Shown: positions 42,242 through 57,400 of the stretch, one piece after another
How the letters are laid out: every line of letters starts with the position of its first letter
How positions within the stretch are numbered: position 1 is the first letter of the stretch
NCBI GenBank assembly: GCA_964057225.1
Contig: OZ059898.1
Coordinates: 20,770,001-20,834,000 of the forward strand
DNA: 64,000 nt
Direction: 5' to 3'
Origin: Auanema rhodensis
Taxonomy: Eukaryota; Animalia; Nematoda
The notes under the pieces: model-generated
Seen by the model: the letters and a program-made list of their open reading frames with translations, nothing else
The model's database searches: none
Told to the model about the DNA's origin: nothing
Made by a program: the position numbers and the translations under genes

Positions 42242-45200
42242 TAAATGTACACGTGATGTGCACTTGGTATGTAACTCGCTTCACGTGAAAGATAAAGAGA
42301 TGCGATTTTCAAAATTAGATTCCCCATGTCCATTTTAGTCTAAAAACAAATTTTTATTGATATTGGTTCATGGTAACCATGACTTTGAAATTTACGTGAA
42401 CTTTAATTTATGCTAATTAAATGTACACGTGATGTGCACTTGGTATGTAACTCGCTTCACGTGAAAGATAAAGAGATGCGGTTTTCAAAATTAGATTCCC
42501 CATGTCCATATTAGTCTAAAAACAAATTTTTATCGATATTGGTTCATGGTAACCATGACTTTGAAATTTACGTGAACTTTAATTTATGCTAATTAAATGT
42601 ACACGTGATGTGCACTTGGTATGTAACTCGCTTCACGTGAAAGATAAAGAGATGCGGTTTTCAAAATTAGATTCCCCATGTCCATATTAGTCTAAAAACA
42701 AATTTTTATTGATATTGGTGCATGGTAACCATGACTTTGAAATTTACGTGAACTTTAATTTATGCTAATTAAATGTACACGTGATGTGCACTTGGTATGT
42801 AACTCGCTTCACGTGAAAGATAAAGAGATGCGGTTTTCAAAATTAGATTTCCCATGTCCATATTAGTCTAAAAACAAATTTTTATTGATACTGGTTCATG
42901 GTAACCATGACTTTGAAATTTACGTGAACTTTAATTTATACTAATTAAATGTACACGTGATGTGCACTTGGTATGTAACTCGCTTCACGTGAAAGATAAA
43001 GAGATGCGGTTTTCAAAATTAGATTTCCCATGTCCATATTAGTCTAAAAACAAATTTTTATTGATATTGGTTCATGGTAACCATGACTTTGAAATTTACG
43101 TGAACTTTAATTTATGCTAATTAAATGTACACGTGATGTGCACTTGGTATGTAACTCGCTTCACGTGAAAGATAAAGAGATGCGGTTTCCAAAATTAGAT
43201 TCCCCATGTCCATATTAGTCTAATTACAAATTTTTATTGATATTGGTTCATGGTAACCATGACTTTGAAATTTACGTGAACTTTAATTTATGCTAATTAA
43301 ATGTACACGTGATGTGCACTTGGTATGTAACTCGCTTCACGTGAAAGATAAAGAGATGCGGTTTTCAAAATTAGATTCCCCATGTCCATATTAGTCTAAA
43401 AACAAATTTTTATTGATATTGGTTCATGGTCACCATGACTTTGAAATTTACGTGAACTTTAATTTATGCTAATTAAATGTACACGTGATGTGCACTTGGT
43501 ATGTAACTCGCTTCACGTGAAAGATAAAGAGATGCGGTTTTCAAAATTAGATTCCCCATGTCCATATTAGTCTAAAAACAAATTTTTATTGATATTGGTG
43601 CATGGTAACCATGACTTTGAAATTTACGTGAACTTTAATTTATGCTAATTAAATGTACACGTGATGTGCACTTGGTATGTAACTAGCTTCACGTAAAAGA
43701 TAAAGAGATGCGGTTTTCAAAATTAGATTTCCCATGTCCATATTAGTCTAAAAACAAATTTTTATTGATACTGGTTCATGGTAACCATGACTTTGAAATT
43801 TACGTGAACTTTAATTTATACTATTTAAATGTACACGTGATGTGCACTTGGTATGTAACTCGCTTCACGTAAAAGATAAAGAGATGCGGTTTTCAAAATT
43901 AGATTTCCCATGTCCATATTAGTCTAAAAACAAATTTTTATTGATATTGGTTCATGGTAACCATGACTTTGAAATTTACGTGAACTTTAATTTATGCTAA
44001 TTAAATGTACACGTGATGTGCACTTGGTATGTAACTCGCTTCACGTGAAAGATAAAGAGATGCGGTTTTCAAAATTAGATTTCCCATGTCCATATTAGTC
44101 TAAAAACAAATTTTTATTGATACTGGTTCATGGTAACCATGACTTTGAAATTTACGTGAACTTTAATTTATGCTAATTAAATGTACACGTGATGTGCACT
44201 TGGTATGTAACTCGCTTCACGTGAAAGATAAAGAGATGCGGTTTTCAAAATTAGATTCCCCATGTCCATATTAGTCTAAAAACAAATTTTTATTGATATT
44301 GGTTCATGGTAACCATGACTTTGAAATTTACGTGAACTTTAATTTATGCTAATTAAATGTACACGTGATGTGCACTTGGTATGTAACTCGCTTCACGTGA
44401 AAGATAAAGAGATGCGGTTTTCAAAATTAGTTTCCCCATGTCCATATTAGTCTAAAAACAAATTTTTATTGATATTGGTTCATGGTCACCATGACTTTGA
44501 AATTTACGTGAACTTTAATTTATGCTAATTAAATGTACACGTGATGTGCACTTGGTATGTAACTCGCTTCACGTGAAAGATAAAGAGATGCGGTTTTTAA
44601 AATTAGATTCCCCATGTCCATATTAGTCTAAAAACAAATTGTTATTGATACTGGTTCATGGTAACCATGACTTTGAAATTTACGTGAACTTTAATTTATG
44701 CTAATTAAATGTACACGTCATGTGCACTTGGTATGTAACTAGCTTCACGTAAAAGATAAAGAGATGCGGTTTTCAAAATTAGATTTCCCATGTCCATATT
44801 AGTCTAAAAACAAATTTTTATTGATACTGGTTCATGGTAACCATGACTTTGAAATTTACGTGAACTTTAATTTATACTATTTAAATGTACACGTGATGTG
44901 CACTTGGTATGTAACTCGCTTCACGTAAAAGATAAAGAGATGCGGTTTTCAAAATTAGATTTCCCATGTCCATATTAGTCTAAAAACAAATTTTTATTGA
45001 TATTGGTTCATGGTAACCATGACTTTGAAATTTACGTGAACTTTAATTTATGCTAATTAAATGTACACGTGATGTGCACTTGGTATGTAACTCGCTTCAC
45101 GTGAAAGATAAAGAGATGCGGTTTTCAAAATTAGATTTCCCATGTCCATATTAGTCTAAAAACAAATTTTTATTGATACTGGTTCATGGTAACCATGACT

Positions 45201-48200
45201 TTGAAATTTACGTGAACTTTAATTTATGCTAATTAAATGTACACGTGATGTGCACTTGGTATGTAACTCGCTTCACGTGAAAGATAAAGAGATGCGGTTT
45301 TCAAAATTAGATTCCCCATGTCCATATTAGTCTAAAAACAAATTTTTATTGATATTGGTTCATGGTAACCATGACTTTGAAATTTACGTGAACTTTAATT
45401 TATGCTAATTAAATGTACACGTGATGTGCACTTGGTATGTAACTCGCTTCACGTGAAAGATAAAGAGATGCGGTTTTCAAAATTAGTTTCCCCATGTCCA
45501 TATTAGTCTAAAAACAAATTTTTATTGATATTGGTTCATGGTCACCATGACTTTGAAATTTACGTGAACTTTAATTTATGCTAATTAAATGTACACGTGA
45601 TGTGCACTTGGTATGTAACTCGCTTCACGTGAAAGATAAAGAGATGCGGTTTTTAAAATTAGATTCCCCATGTCCATATTAGTCTAAAAACAAATTGTTA
45701 TTGATACTGGTTCATGGTAACCATGACTTTGAAATTTACGTGAACTTTAATTTATGCTAATTAAATGTACACGTCATGTGCACTTGGTATGTAACTCGCT
45801 TCACGTGAAAGATAAAGAGATGCGGTTTTCAAAATTAGATTCCCCATGTCCATATTAGTCTAAAAACAAATTTTTATTGATATTGGTGCATGGTAACCAT
45901 GACTTTGAAATTTACGTGAATTTTAATTTATGCTAATTAAATGTACACGTGATGTGCACTTGGTATGTAACTAGCTTCACGTAAAAGATAAAGAGATGCG
46001 GTTTTCAAAATTAGATTTCCCATGTCCATATTAGTCTAAAAACAAATTTTTATTGATACTGGTTCATGGTAACCATGACTTTGAAATTTACGTGAACTTT
46101 AATTTATGCTAATTAAATGTACACGTGATGTGCACTTGGTATGTAACTAGCTTCACGTAAAAGATAAAGAGATGCGGTTTTCAAAATTAGATTTCCCATG
46201 TCCATATTAGTCTAAAAACAAATTTTTATTGATACTGGTTCATGGTAACCATGACTTTGAAATTTACGTGAACTTTAATTTATACTAATTAAATGTACAC
46301 GTGATGTGCACTTGGTATGTAACTCGCTTCACGTAAAAGATAAAGAGATGCGGTTTTCAAAATTAGATTTCCCATGTCCATATTAGTCTAAAAACAAATT
46401 TTTATTGATATTGGTTCATGGTAACCATGACTTTGAAATTTACGTGAACTTTAATTTATGCTAATTAAATGTACACGTGATGTGCACTTGGTATGTAACT
46501 CGCTTCACGTGAAAGATAAAGAGATGCGGTTTTCGAAATTAGATTCCCCATGTCCATATTAGTCTAAAAACAAATTTTTATTGATATTGGTTCATGGTAA
46601 CCATGACTTTGAAATTTACGTGAACTTTAATTTATGCTAATTAAATGTACACGTGATGTGCACTTGGTATGTAACTCGCTTCACGTGAAAGATAAAGAGA
46701 TGCGATTTTCAAAATTAGATTCCCCATGTCCATTTTAGTCTAAAAACAAATTTTTATTGATATTGGTTCATGGTAACCATGACTTTGAAATTTACGTGAA
46801 CTTTAATTTATGCTAATTAAATGTACACGTGATGTGCACTTGGTATGTAACTCGCTTCACGTGAAAGATAAAGAGATGCGGTTTTCAAAATTAGATTCCC
46901 CATGTCCATATTAGTCTAAAAACAAATTTTTATCGATATTGGTTCATGGTAACCATGACTTTGAAATTTACGTGAACTTTAATTTATGCTAATTAAATGT
47001 ACACGTGATGTGCACTTGGTATGTAACTCGCTTCACGTGAAAGATAAAGAGATGCGGTTTTCAAAATTAGATTCCCCATGTCCATATTAGTCTAAAAACA
47101 AATTTTTATTGATATTGGTGCATGGTAACCATGACTTTGAAATTTACGTGAACTTTAATTTATGCTAATTAAATGTACACGTGATGTGCACTTGGTATGT
47201 AACTCGCTTCACGTGAAAGATAAAGAGATGCGGTTTTCAAAATTAGATTTCCCATGTCCATATTAGTCTAAAAACAAATTTTTATTGATACTGGTTCATG
47301 GTAACCATGACTTTGAAATTTACGTGAACTTTAATTTATACTAATTAAATGTACACGTGATGTGCACTTGGTATGTAACTCGCTTCACGTGAAAGATAAA
47401 GAGATGCGGTTTTCAAAATTAGATTTCCCATGTCCATATTAGTCTAAAAACAAATTTTTATTGATATTGGTTCATGGTAACCATGACTTTGAAATTTACG
47501 TGAACTTTAATTTATGCTAATTAAATGTACACGTGATGTGCACTTGGTATGTAACTCGCTTCACGTGAAAGATAAAGAGATGCGGTTTCCAAAATTAGAT
47601 TCCCCATGTCCATATTAGTCTAATTACAAATTTTTATTGATATTGGTTCATGGTAACCATGACTTTGAAATTTACGTGAACTTTAATTTATGCTAATTAA
47701 ATGTACACGTGATGTGCACTTGGTATGTAACTCGCTTCACGTGAAAGATAAAGAGATGCGGTTTTCAAAATTAGATTCCCCATGTCCATATTAGTCTAAA
47801 AACAAATTTTTATTGATATTGGTTCATGGTCACCATGACTTTGAAATTTACGTGAACTTTAATTTATGCTAATTAAATGTACACGTGATGTGCACTTGGT
47901 ATGTAACTCGCTTCACGTGAAAGATAAAGAGATGCGGTTTTCAAAATTAGATTCCCCATGTCCATATTAGTCTAAAAACAAATTTTTATTGATATTGGTG
48001 CATGGTAACCATGACTTTGAAATTTACGTGAACTTTAATTTATGCTAATTAAATGTACACGTGATGTGCACTTGGTATGTAACTAGCTTCACGTAAAAGA
48101 TAAAGAGATGCGGTTTTCAAAATTAGATTTCCCATGTCCATATTAGTCTAAAAACAAATTTTTATTGATACTGGTTCATGGTAACCATGACTTTGAAATT

Positions 48201-48401
48201 TACGTGAACTTTAATTTATACTATTTAAATGTACACGTGATGTGCACTTGGTATGTAACTCGCTTCACGTAAAAGATAAAGAGATGCGGTTTTCAAAATT
48301 AGATTTCCCATGTCCATATTAGTCTAAAAACAAATTTTTATTGATATTGGTTCATGGTAACCATGACTTTGAAATTTACGTGAACTTTAATTTATGCTAA
48401 T
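40834..48401 (+). repeat. 18-monomer block repeated at a 25-monomer (4400-bp) offset, with a nested 6-monomer tandem duplication
   Basis: Private T117C at 42534 and 46934. A175T at 43824, 44880 and 48224. A78T monomers at 41010, 44354 and 45410 (last two 1056 bp apart). Confidence 0.85.
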
Positions 48402-51400
48402 TAAATGTACACGTGATGTGCACTTGGTATGTAACTCGCTTCACGTGAAAGATAAAGAGATGCGGTTTTCGAAATTAGATTCCCCATGTCCATATTAGTC
48501 TAAAAACAAATTTTTATTGATATTGGTTCATGGTAACCATGACTTTGAAATTTACGTGAACTTTAATTTATGCTAATTAAATGTACACGTGATGTGCACT
48601 TGGTATGTAACTCGCTTCACGTGAAAGATAAAGAGATGCGATTTTCAAAATTAGATTCCCCATGTCCATTTTAGTCTAAAAACAAATTTTTATTGATATT
48701 GGTTCATGGTAACCATGACTTTGAAATTTACGTGAACTTTAATTTATGCTAATTAAATGTACACGTGATGTGCACTTGGTATGTAACTCGCTTCACGTGA
48801 AAGATAAAGAGATGCGGTTTTCAAAATTAGATTCCCCATGTCCATATTAGTCTAAAAACAAATTTTTATTGATATTGGTTCATGGTAACCATGACTTTGA
48901 AATTTACGTGAACTTTAATTTATGCTAATTAAATGTACACGTGATGTGCACTTGGTATGTAACTCGCTTCACGTGAAAGATAAAGAGATGCGGTTTTCAA
49001 AATTAGATTCCCCATGTCCATATTAGTCTAAAAACAAATTTTTATTGATATTGGTGCATGGTAACCATGACTTTGAAATTTACGTGAACTTTAATTTATG
49101 CTAATTAAATGTACACGTGATGTGCACTTGGTATGTAACTAGCTTCACGTAAAAGATAAAGAGATGCGGTTTTCAAAATTAGATTTCCCATGTCCATATT
49201 AGTCTAAAAACAAATTTTTATTGATACTGGTTCATGGTAACCATGACTTTGAAATTTACGTGAACTTTAATTTATACTAATTAAATGTACACGTGATGTG
49301 CACTTGGTATGTAACTCGCTTCACGTGAAAGATAAAGAGATGCGGTTTTCAAAATTAGATTTCCCATGTCCATATTAGTCTAAAAACAAATTTTTATTGA
49401 TATTGGTTCATGGTAACCATGACTTTGAAATTTACGTGAACTTTAATTTATGCTAATTAAATGTACACGTGATGTGCACTTGGTATGTAACTCGCTTCAC
49501 GTGAAAGATAAAGAGATGCGGTTTCCAAAATTAGATTCCCCATGTCCATATTAGTCTAATTACAAATTTTTATTGATATTGGTTCATGGTAACCATGACT
49601 TTGAAATTTACGTGAACTTTAATTTATGCTAATTAAATGTACACGTGATGTGCACTTGGTATCTAACTCGCTTCACGTGAAAGAAAAAGAGATGCGGTTT
49701 TCAAAATTAGATTCCCCATGTCCATATTAGTCTAAAAACAAATTTTTATTGATATTGGTGCATGGTAACCATGACTTTGAAATTTACGTGAACTTTAATT
49801 TATGCTAATTAAATGTACACGTGATGTGCACTTGGTATGTAACTCGCTTCACGTGAAAGATAAAGAGATGCGGTTTTCAAAATTAGATTCCCCATGTCCA
49901 TATTAGTCTAAAAACAAATTTTTATTGATATTGGTTCATGGTAACCATGACTTTGAAATTTACGTGAACTTTAATTTATGCTAATTAAATGTACACGTGA
50001 TGTGCACTTGGTATGTAACTCGCTTCACGTGAAAGATAAAGAGATGCGGTTTTCAAAATTAGATTCCCCATGTCCATATTAGTCTAAAAACAAATTTTTA
50101 TTGATATTGGTGCATGGTAACCATGACTTTGAAATTTACGTGAACTTTAATTTATGCTAATTAAATGTACACGTGATGTGCACTTGGTATGTAACTAGCT
50201 TCACGTAAAAGATAAAGAGATGCGGTTTTCAAAATTAGATTTCCCATGTCCATATTAGTCTAAAAACAAATTTTTATTGATACTGGTTCATGGTAACCAT
50301 GACTTTGAAATTTACGTGAACTTTAATTTATACTAATTAAATGTACACGTGATGTGCACTTGGTATGTAACTCGCTTCACGTGAAAGATAAAGAGATGCG
50401 GTTTTCAAAATTAGATTTCCCATGTCCATATTAGTCTAAAAACAAATTTTTATTGATATTGGTTCATGGTAACCATGACTTTGAAATTTACGTGAACTTT
50501 AATTTATGCTAATTAAATGTACACGTGATGTGCACTTGGTATGTAACTCGCTTCACGTGAAAGATAAAGAGATGCGGTTTTCAAAATTAGATTCCCCATG
50601 TCCATATTAGTCTAAAAACAAATTTTTATTGATATTGGTTCATGGTAACCATGACTTTGAAATTTACGTGAACTTTAATTTATGCTAATTAAATGTACAC
50701 GTCATGTGCACTTGGTATGTAACTCGCTTCACGTGAAAGATAAAGAGATGCGGTTTTCAAAATTAGATTCCCCATGTTCATATTAGTCTAAAAACAAATT
50801 TTTATTGATATTGGTGCATGGTAACCATGACTTTGAAATTTACGTGAACTTTAATTTATGCTAATTAAATGTACACGTGATGTGCACTTGGTATGTAACT
50901 AGCTTCACGTAAAAGATAAAGAGATGCGGTTTTCAAAATTAGATTTCCCATGTCCATATTAGTCTAAAAACAAATTTTTATTGATACTGGTTCATGGTAA
51001 CCATGACTTTGAAATTTACGTGAACTTTAATTTATGCTAATTAAATGTACACGTGATGTGCACTTGGTATGAAACTAGCTTCACGTAAAAGATAAAGAGA
51101 TGCGGTTTTCAAAATTAGATTTCCCATGTCCATATTAGTCTAAAAACAAATTTTTATTGATACTGGTTCATGGTAACCATGACTTTGAAATTTACGTGAA
51201 CTTTAATTTATACTAATTAAATGTACACGTGATGTGCACTTGGTATGTAACTCGCTTCACGTAAAAGATAAAGAGATGCGGTTTTCAAAATTAGATTTCC
51301 CATGTCCATATTAGTCTAAAAACAAATTTTTATTGATATTGGTTCATGGTAACCATGACTTTGAAATTTACGTGAACTTTAATTTATGCTAATTAAATGT

Positions 51401-54400
51401 ACACGTGATGTGCACTTGGTATGTAACTCGCTTCACGTGAAAGATAAAGAGATGCGGTTTTCAAAATTAGATTCCCCATGTCCATATTAGTCTAAAAACA
51501 AATTTTTATTGATATTGGTTCATGGTAACCATGACTTTGAAATTTACGTGAACTTTAATTTATGCTAATTAAATGTACACGTGATGTGCACTTGGTATGT
51601 AACTCGCTTCACGTGAAAGATAAAGAGATGCGGTTTTCAAAATTAGATTCCCCATGTCCATATTAGTCTAAAAACAAATTTTTATTGATATTGGTGCATG
51701 GTAACCATGACTTTGAAATTTACGTGAACTTTAATTTATGCTAATTAAATGTACACGTGATGTGCACTTGGTATGTAACTAGCTTCACGTAAAAGATAAA
51801 GAGATGCGGTTTTCAAAATTAGATTTCCCATGTCCATATTAGTCTAAAAACAAATTTTTATTGATACTGGTTCATGGTAACCATGACTTTGAAATTCACG
51901 TGAACTTTAATTTATACTAATTAAATGTACACGTGATGTGCACTTGGTATGTAACTCGCTTCACGTGAAAGATAAAGAGATGCGGTTTTCAAAATTAGAT
52001 TTCCCATGTCCATATTAGTCTAAAAACAAATTTTTATTGATATTGGTTCATGGTAACCATGACTTTGAAATTTACGTGAACTTTAATTTATGCTAATTAA
52101 ATGTACACGTGATGTGCACTTGGTATGTAACTCGCTTCACGTGAAAGATAAAGAGATGCGGTTTCCAAAATTAGATTCCCCATGTCCATATTAGTCTAAT
52201 TACAAATTTTTATTGATATTGGTTCATGGTAACCATGACTTTGAAATTTACGTGAACTTTAATTTATGCTAATTAAATGTACACGTGATGTGCACTTGGT
52301 ATCTAACTCGCTTCACGTGAAAGAAAAAGAGATGCGGTTTTCAAAATTAGATTCCCCATGTCCATATTAGTCTAAAAACAAATTTTTATTGATATTGGTT
52401 CATGGTCACCATGACTTTGAAATTTACGTGAACTTTAATTTATGCTAATTAAATGTACACGTGATGTGCACTTGGTATGTAACTCGCTTCACGTGAAAGA
52501 TAAAGAGATGCGGTTTTCAAAATTAGATTCCCCATGTCCATATTAGTCTAAAAACAAATTTTTATTGATATTGGTTCATGGTAACCATGACTTTGAAATT
52601 TACGTGAACTTTAATTTATGCTAATTAAATGTACACGTCATGTGCACTTGGTATGTAACTAGCTTCACGTAAAAGATAAAGAGATGCGGTTTTCAAAATT
52701 AGATTTCCCATGTCCATATTAGTCTAAAAACAAATTTTTATTGATACTGGTTCATGGTAACCATGACTTTGAAATTTACGTGAACTTTAATTTATACTAA
52801 TTAAATGTACACGTGATGTGCACTTGGTATGTAACTCGCTTCACGTAAAAGATAAAGAGATGCGGTTTTCAAAATTAGATTTCCCATGTCCATATTAGTC
52901 TAAAAACAAATTTTTATTGATATTGGTTCATGGTAACCATGACTTTGAAATTTACGTGAACTTTAATTTATGCTAATTAAATGTACACGTGATGTGCACT
53001 TGGTATGTAACTCGCTTCACGTGAAAGATAAAGAGATGCGGTTTTCGAAATTAGATTCCCCATGTCCATATTAGTCTAAAAACAAATTTTTATTGATATT
53101 GGTTCATGGTAACCATGACTTTGAAATTTACGTGAACTTTAATTTATGCTAATTAAATGTACACGTGATGTGCACTTGGTATGTAACTCGCTTCACGTGA
53201 AAGATAAAGAGATGCGATTTTCAAAATTAGATTCCCCATGTCCATTTTAGTCTAAAAACAAATTTTTATTGATATTGGTTCATGGTAACCATGACTTTGA
53301 AATTTACGTGAACTTTAATTTATGCTAATTAAATGTACACGTGATGTGCACTTGGTATGTAACTCGCTTCACGTGAAAGATAAAGAGATGAGGTTTTCAA
53401 AATTAGATTCCCCATGTCCATATTAGTCTAAAAACAAATTTTTATTGATATTGGTTCATGGTAACCATGACTTTGAAATTTACGTGAACTTTAATTTATG
53501 CTAATTAAATGTACACGTGATGTGCACTTGGTATGTAACTCGCTTCACGTGAAAGATAAAGAGATGCGGTTTTCAAAATTAGATTCCCCATGTCCATATT
53601 AGTCTAAAAACAAATTTTTATTGATATTGGTGCATGGTAACCATGACTTTGAAATTTACGTGAACTTTAATTTATGCTAATTAAATGTACACGTGATGTG
53701 CACTTGGTATGTAACTAGCTTCACGTAAAAGATAAAGAGATGCGGTTTTCAAAATTAGATTTCCCATGTCCATATTAGTCTAAAAACAAATTTTTATTGA
53801 TACTGGTTCATGGTAACCATGACTTTGAAATTTACGTGAACTTTAATTTATACTAATTAAATGTACACGTGATGTGCACTTGGTATGTAACTCGCTTCAC
53901 GTGAAAGATAAAGAGATGCGGTTTTCAAAATTAGATTTCCCATGTCCATATTAGTCTAAAAACAAATTTTTATTGATATTGGTTCATGGTAACCATGACT
54001 TTGAAATTTACGTGAACTTTAATTTATGCTAATTAAATGTACACGTGATGTGCACTTGGTATGTAACTCGCTTCACGTGAAAGATAAAGAGATGCGGTTT
54101 CCAAAATTAGATTCCCCATGTCCATATTAGTCTAATTACAAATTTTTATTGATATTGGTTCATGGTAACCATGACTTTGAAATTTACGTGAACTTTAATT
54201 TATGCTAATTAAATGTACACGTGATGTGCACTTGGTATCTAACTCGCTTCACGTGTAAGAAAAAGAGATGCGGTTTTCAAAATTAGATTCCCCATGTCCA
54301 TATTAGTCTAAAAACAAATTTTTATTGATATTGGTTCATGGTCACCATGACTTTGAAATTTACGTGAACTTTAATTTATGCTAATTAAATGTACACGTGA

Positions 54401-57400
54401 TGTGCACTTGGTATGTAACTCGCTTCACGTGAAAGATAAAGAGATGCGGTTTTCAAAATTAGATTCCCCATGTCCATATTAGTCTAAAAACAAATTTTTA
54501 TTGATATTGGTTCATGGTAACCATGACTTTGAAATTTACGTGAACTTTAATTTATGCTAATTAAATGTACACGTCATGTGCACTTGGTATGTAACTCGCT
54601 TCACGTGAAAGATAAAGAGATGCGGTTTTCAAAATTAGATTCCCCATGTTCATATTAGTCTAAAAACAAATTTTTATTGATATTGGTGCATGGTAACCAT
54701 GACTTTGAAATTTACGTGAACTTTAATTTATGCTAATTAAATGTACACGTGATGTGCACTTGGTATGTAACTAGCTTCACGTAAAAGATAAAGAGATGCG
54801 GTTTTCAAAATTAGATTTCCCATGTCCATATTAGTCTAAAAACAAATTTTTATTGATACTGGTTCATGGTAACCATGACTTTGAAATTTACGTGAACTTT
54901 AATTTATGCTAATTAAATGTACACGTGATGTGCACTTGGTATGAAACTAGCTTCACGTAAAAGATAAAGAGATGCGGTTTTCAAAATTAGATTTCCCATG
55001 TCCATATTAGTCTAAAAACAAATTTTTATTGATACTGGTTCATGGTAACCATGACTTTGAAATTTACGTGAACTTTAATTTATACTAATTAAATGTACAC
55101 GTGATGTGCACTTGGTATGTAACTCGCTTCACGTAAAAGATAAAGAGATGCGGTTTTCAAAATTAGATTTCCCATGTCCATATTAGTCTAAAAACAAATT
55201 TTTATTGATATTGGTTCATGGTAACCATGACTTTGAAATTTACGTGAACTTTAATTTATGCTAATTAAATGTACACGTGATGTGCACTTGGTATGTAACT
55301 CGCTTCACGTGAAAGATAAAGAGATGCGGTTTTCGAAATTAGATTCCCCATGTCCATATTAGTCTAAAAACAAATTTTTATTGATATTGGTTCATGGTAA
55401 CCATGACTTTGAAATTTACGTGAACTTTAATTTATGCTAATTAAATGTACACGTGATGTGCACTTGGTATGTAACTCGCTTCACGTGAAAGATAAAGAGA
55501 TGCGGTTTTCAAAATTAGATTCCCCATGTCCATATTAGTCTAAAAACAAATTTTTATTGATATTGGTTCATGGTAACCATGACTTTGAAATTTACGTGAA
55601 CTTTAATTTATGCTAATTAAATGTACACGTGATGTGCACTTGGTATGTAACTCGCTTCACGTGAAAGATAAAGAGATGCGGTTTTCAAAATTAGATTCCC
55701 CATGTCCATATTAGTCTAAAAACAAATTTTTATTGATATTGGTGCATGGTAACCATGACTTTGAAATTTACGTGAACTTTAATTTATGCTAATTAAATGT
55801 ACACGTGATGTGCACTTGGTATGTAACTAGCTTCACGTAAAAGATAAAGAGATGCGGTTTTCAAAATTAGATTTCCCATGTCCATATTAGTCTAAAAACA
55901 AATTTTTATTGATACTGGTTCATGGTAACCATGACTTTGAAATTTACGTGAACTTTAATTTATACTAATTAAATGTACACGTGATGTGCACTTGGTATGT
56001 AACTCGCTTCACGTGAAAGATAAAGAGATGCGGTTTTCAAAATTAGATTTCCCATGTCCATATTAGTCTAAAAACAAATTTTTATTGATATTGGTTCATG
56101 GTAACCATGACTTTGAAATTTACGTGAACTTTAATTTATGCTAATTAAATGTACACGTGATGTGCACTTGGTGTGTAACTCGCTTCACGTGAAAGATAAA
56201 GAGATGCGGTTTCCAAAATTAGATTCCCCATGTCCATATTAGTCTAATTACAAATTTTTATTGATATTGGTTCATGGTAACCATGACTTTGAAATTTACG
56301 TGAACTTTAATTTATGCTAATTAAATGTACACGTGATGTGCACTTGGTATCTAACTCGCTTCACGTGAAAGAAAAAGAGATGCGGTTTTCAAAATTAGAT
56401 TCCCCATGTCCATATTAGTCTAAAAACAAATTTTTATTGATATTGGTTCATGGTCACCATGACTTTGAAATTTACGTGAACTTTAATTTATGCTAATTAA
56501 ATGTACACGTGATGTGCACTTGGTATGTAACTCGCTTCACGTGAAAGATAAAGAGATGCGGTTTTCAAAATTAGATTCCCCATGTCCATATTAGTCTAAA
56601 AACAAATTTTTATTGATATTGGTTCATGGTAACCATGACTTTGAAATTTACGTGAACTTTAATTTATGCTAATTAAATGTACACGTCATGTGCACTTGGT
56701 ATGTAACTCGCTTCACGTGAAAGATAAAGAGATGCGGTTTTCAAAATTAGATTCCCCATGTCCATATTAGTCTAAAAACAAATTTTTATTGATATTGGTG
56801 CATGGTAACCATGACTTTGAAATTTACGTGAACTTTAATTTATGCTAATTAAATGTACACGTGATGTGCACTTGGTATGTAACTAGCTTCACGTAAAAGA
56901 TAAAGAGATGCGGTTTTCAAAATTAGATTTCCCATGTCCATATTAGTCTAAAAACAAATTTTTATTGATATTGGTTTATGGTAACCATGACTTTGAAATT
57001 TACGTGAACTTTAATTTATACTAATTAAATGTACACGTGATGTGCACTTGGTATGTAACTCGCTTCACGTGAAAGATAAAGAGATGCGGTTTTCAAAATT
57101 AGATTCCCCATGTCCATATTAGTCTAAAAACAAATTTTTATTGATATTGGTGCATGGTAACCATGACTTTGAAATTTACGTGAACTTTAATTTATGCTAA
57201 TTAAATGTACACGTGATGTGCACTTGGTATGTAACTCGCTTCACGTGAAAGATAAAGAGATGCGGTTTTCGAAATTAGATTCCCCATGTCCATATTAGTC
57301 TAAAAACAAATTTTTATTGATATTGGTTCATGGTAACCATGACTTTGAAATTTACGTGAACTTTAATTTATGCTAATTAAATGTACACGTGATGTGCACT

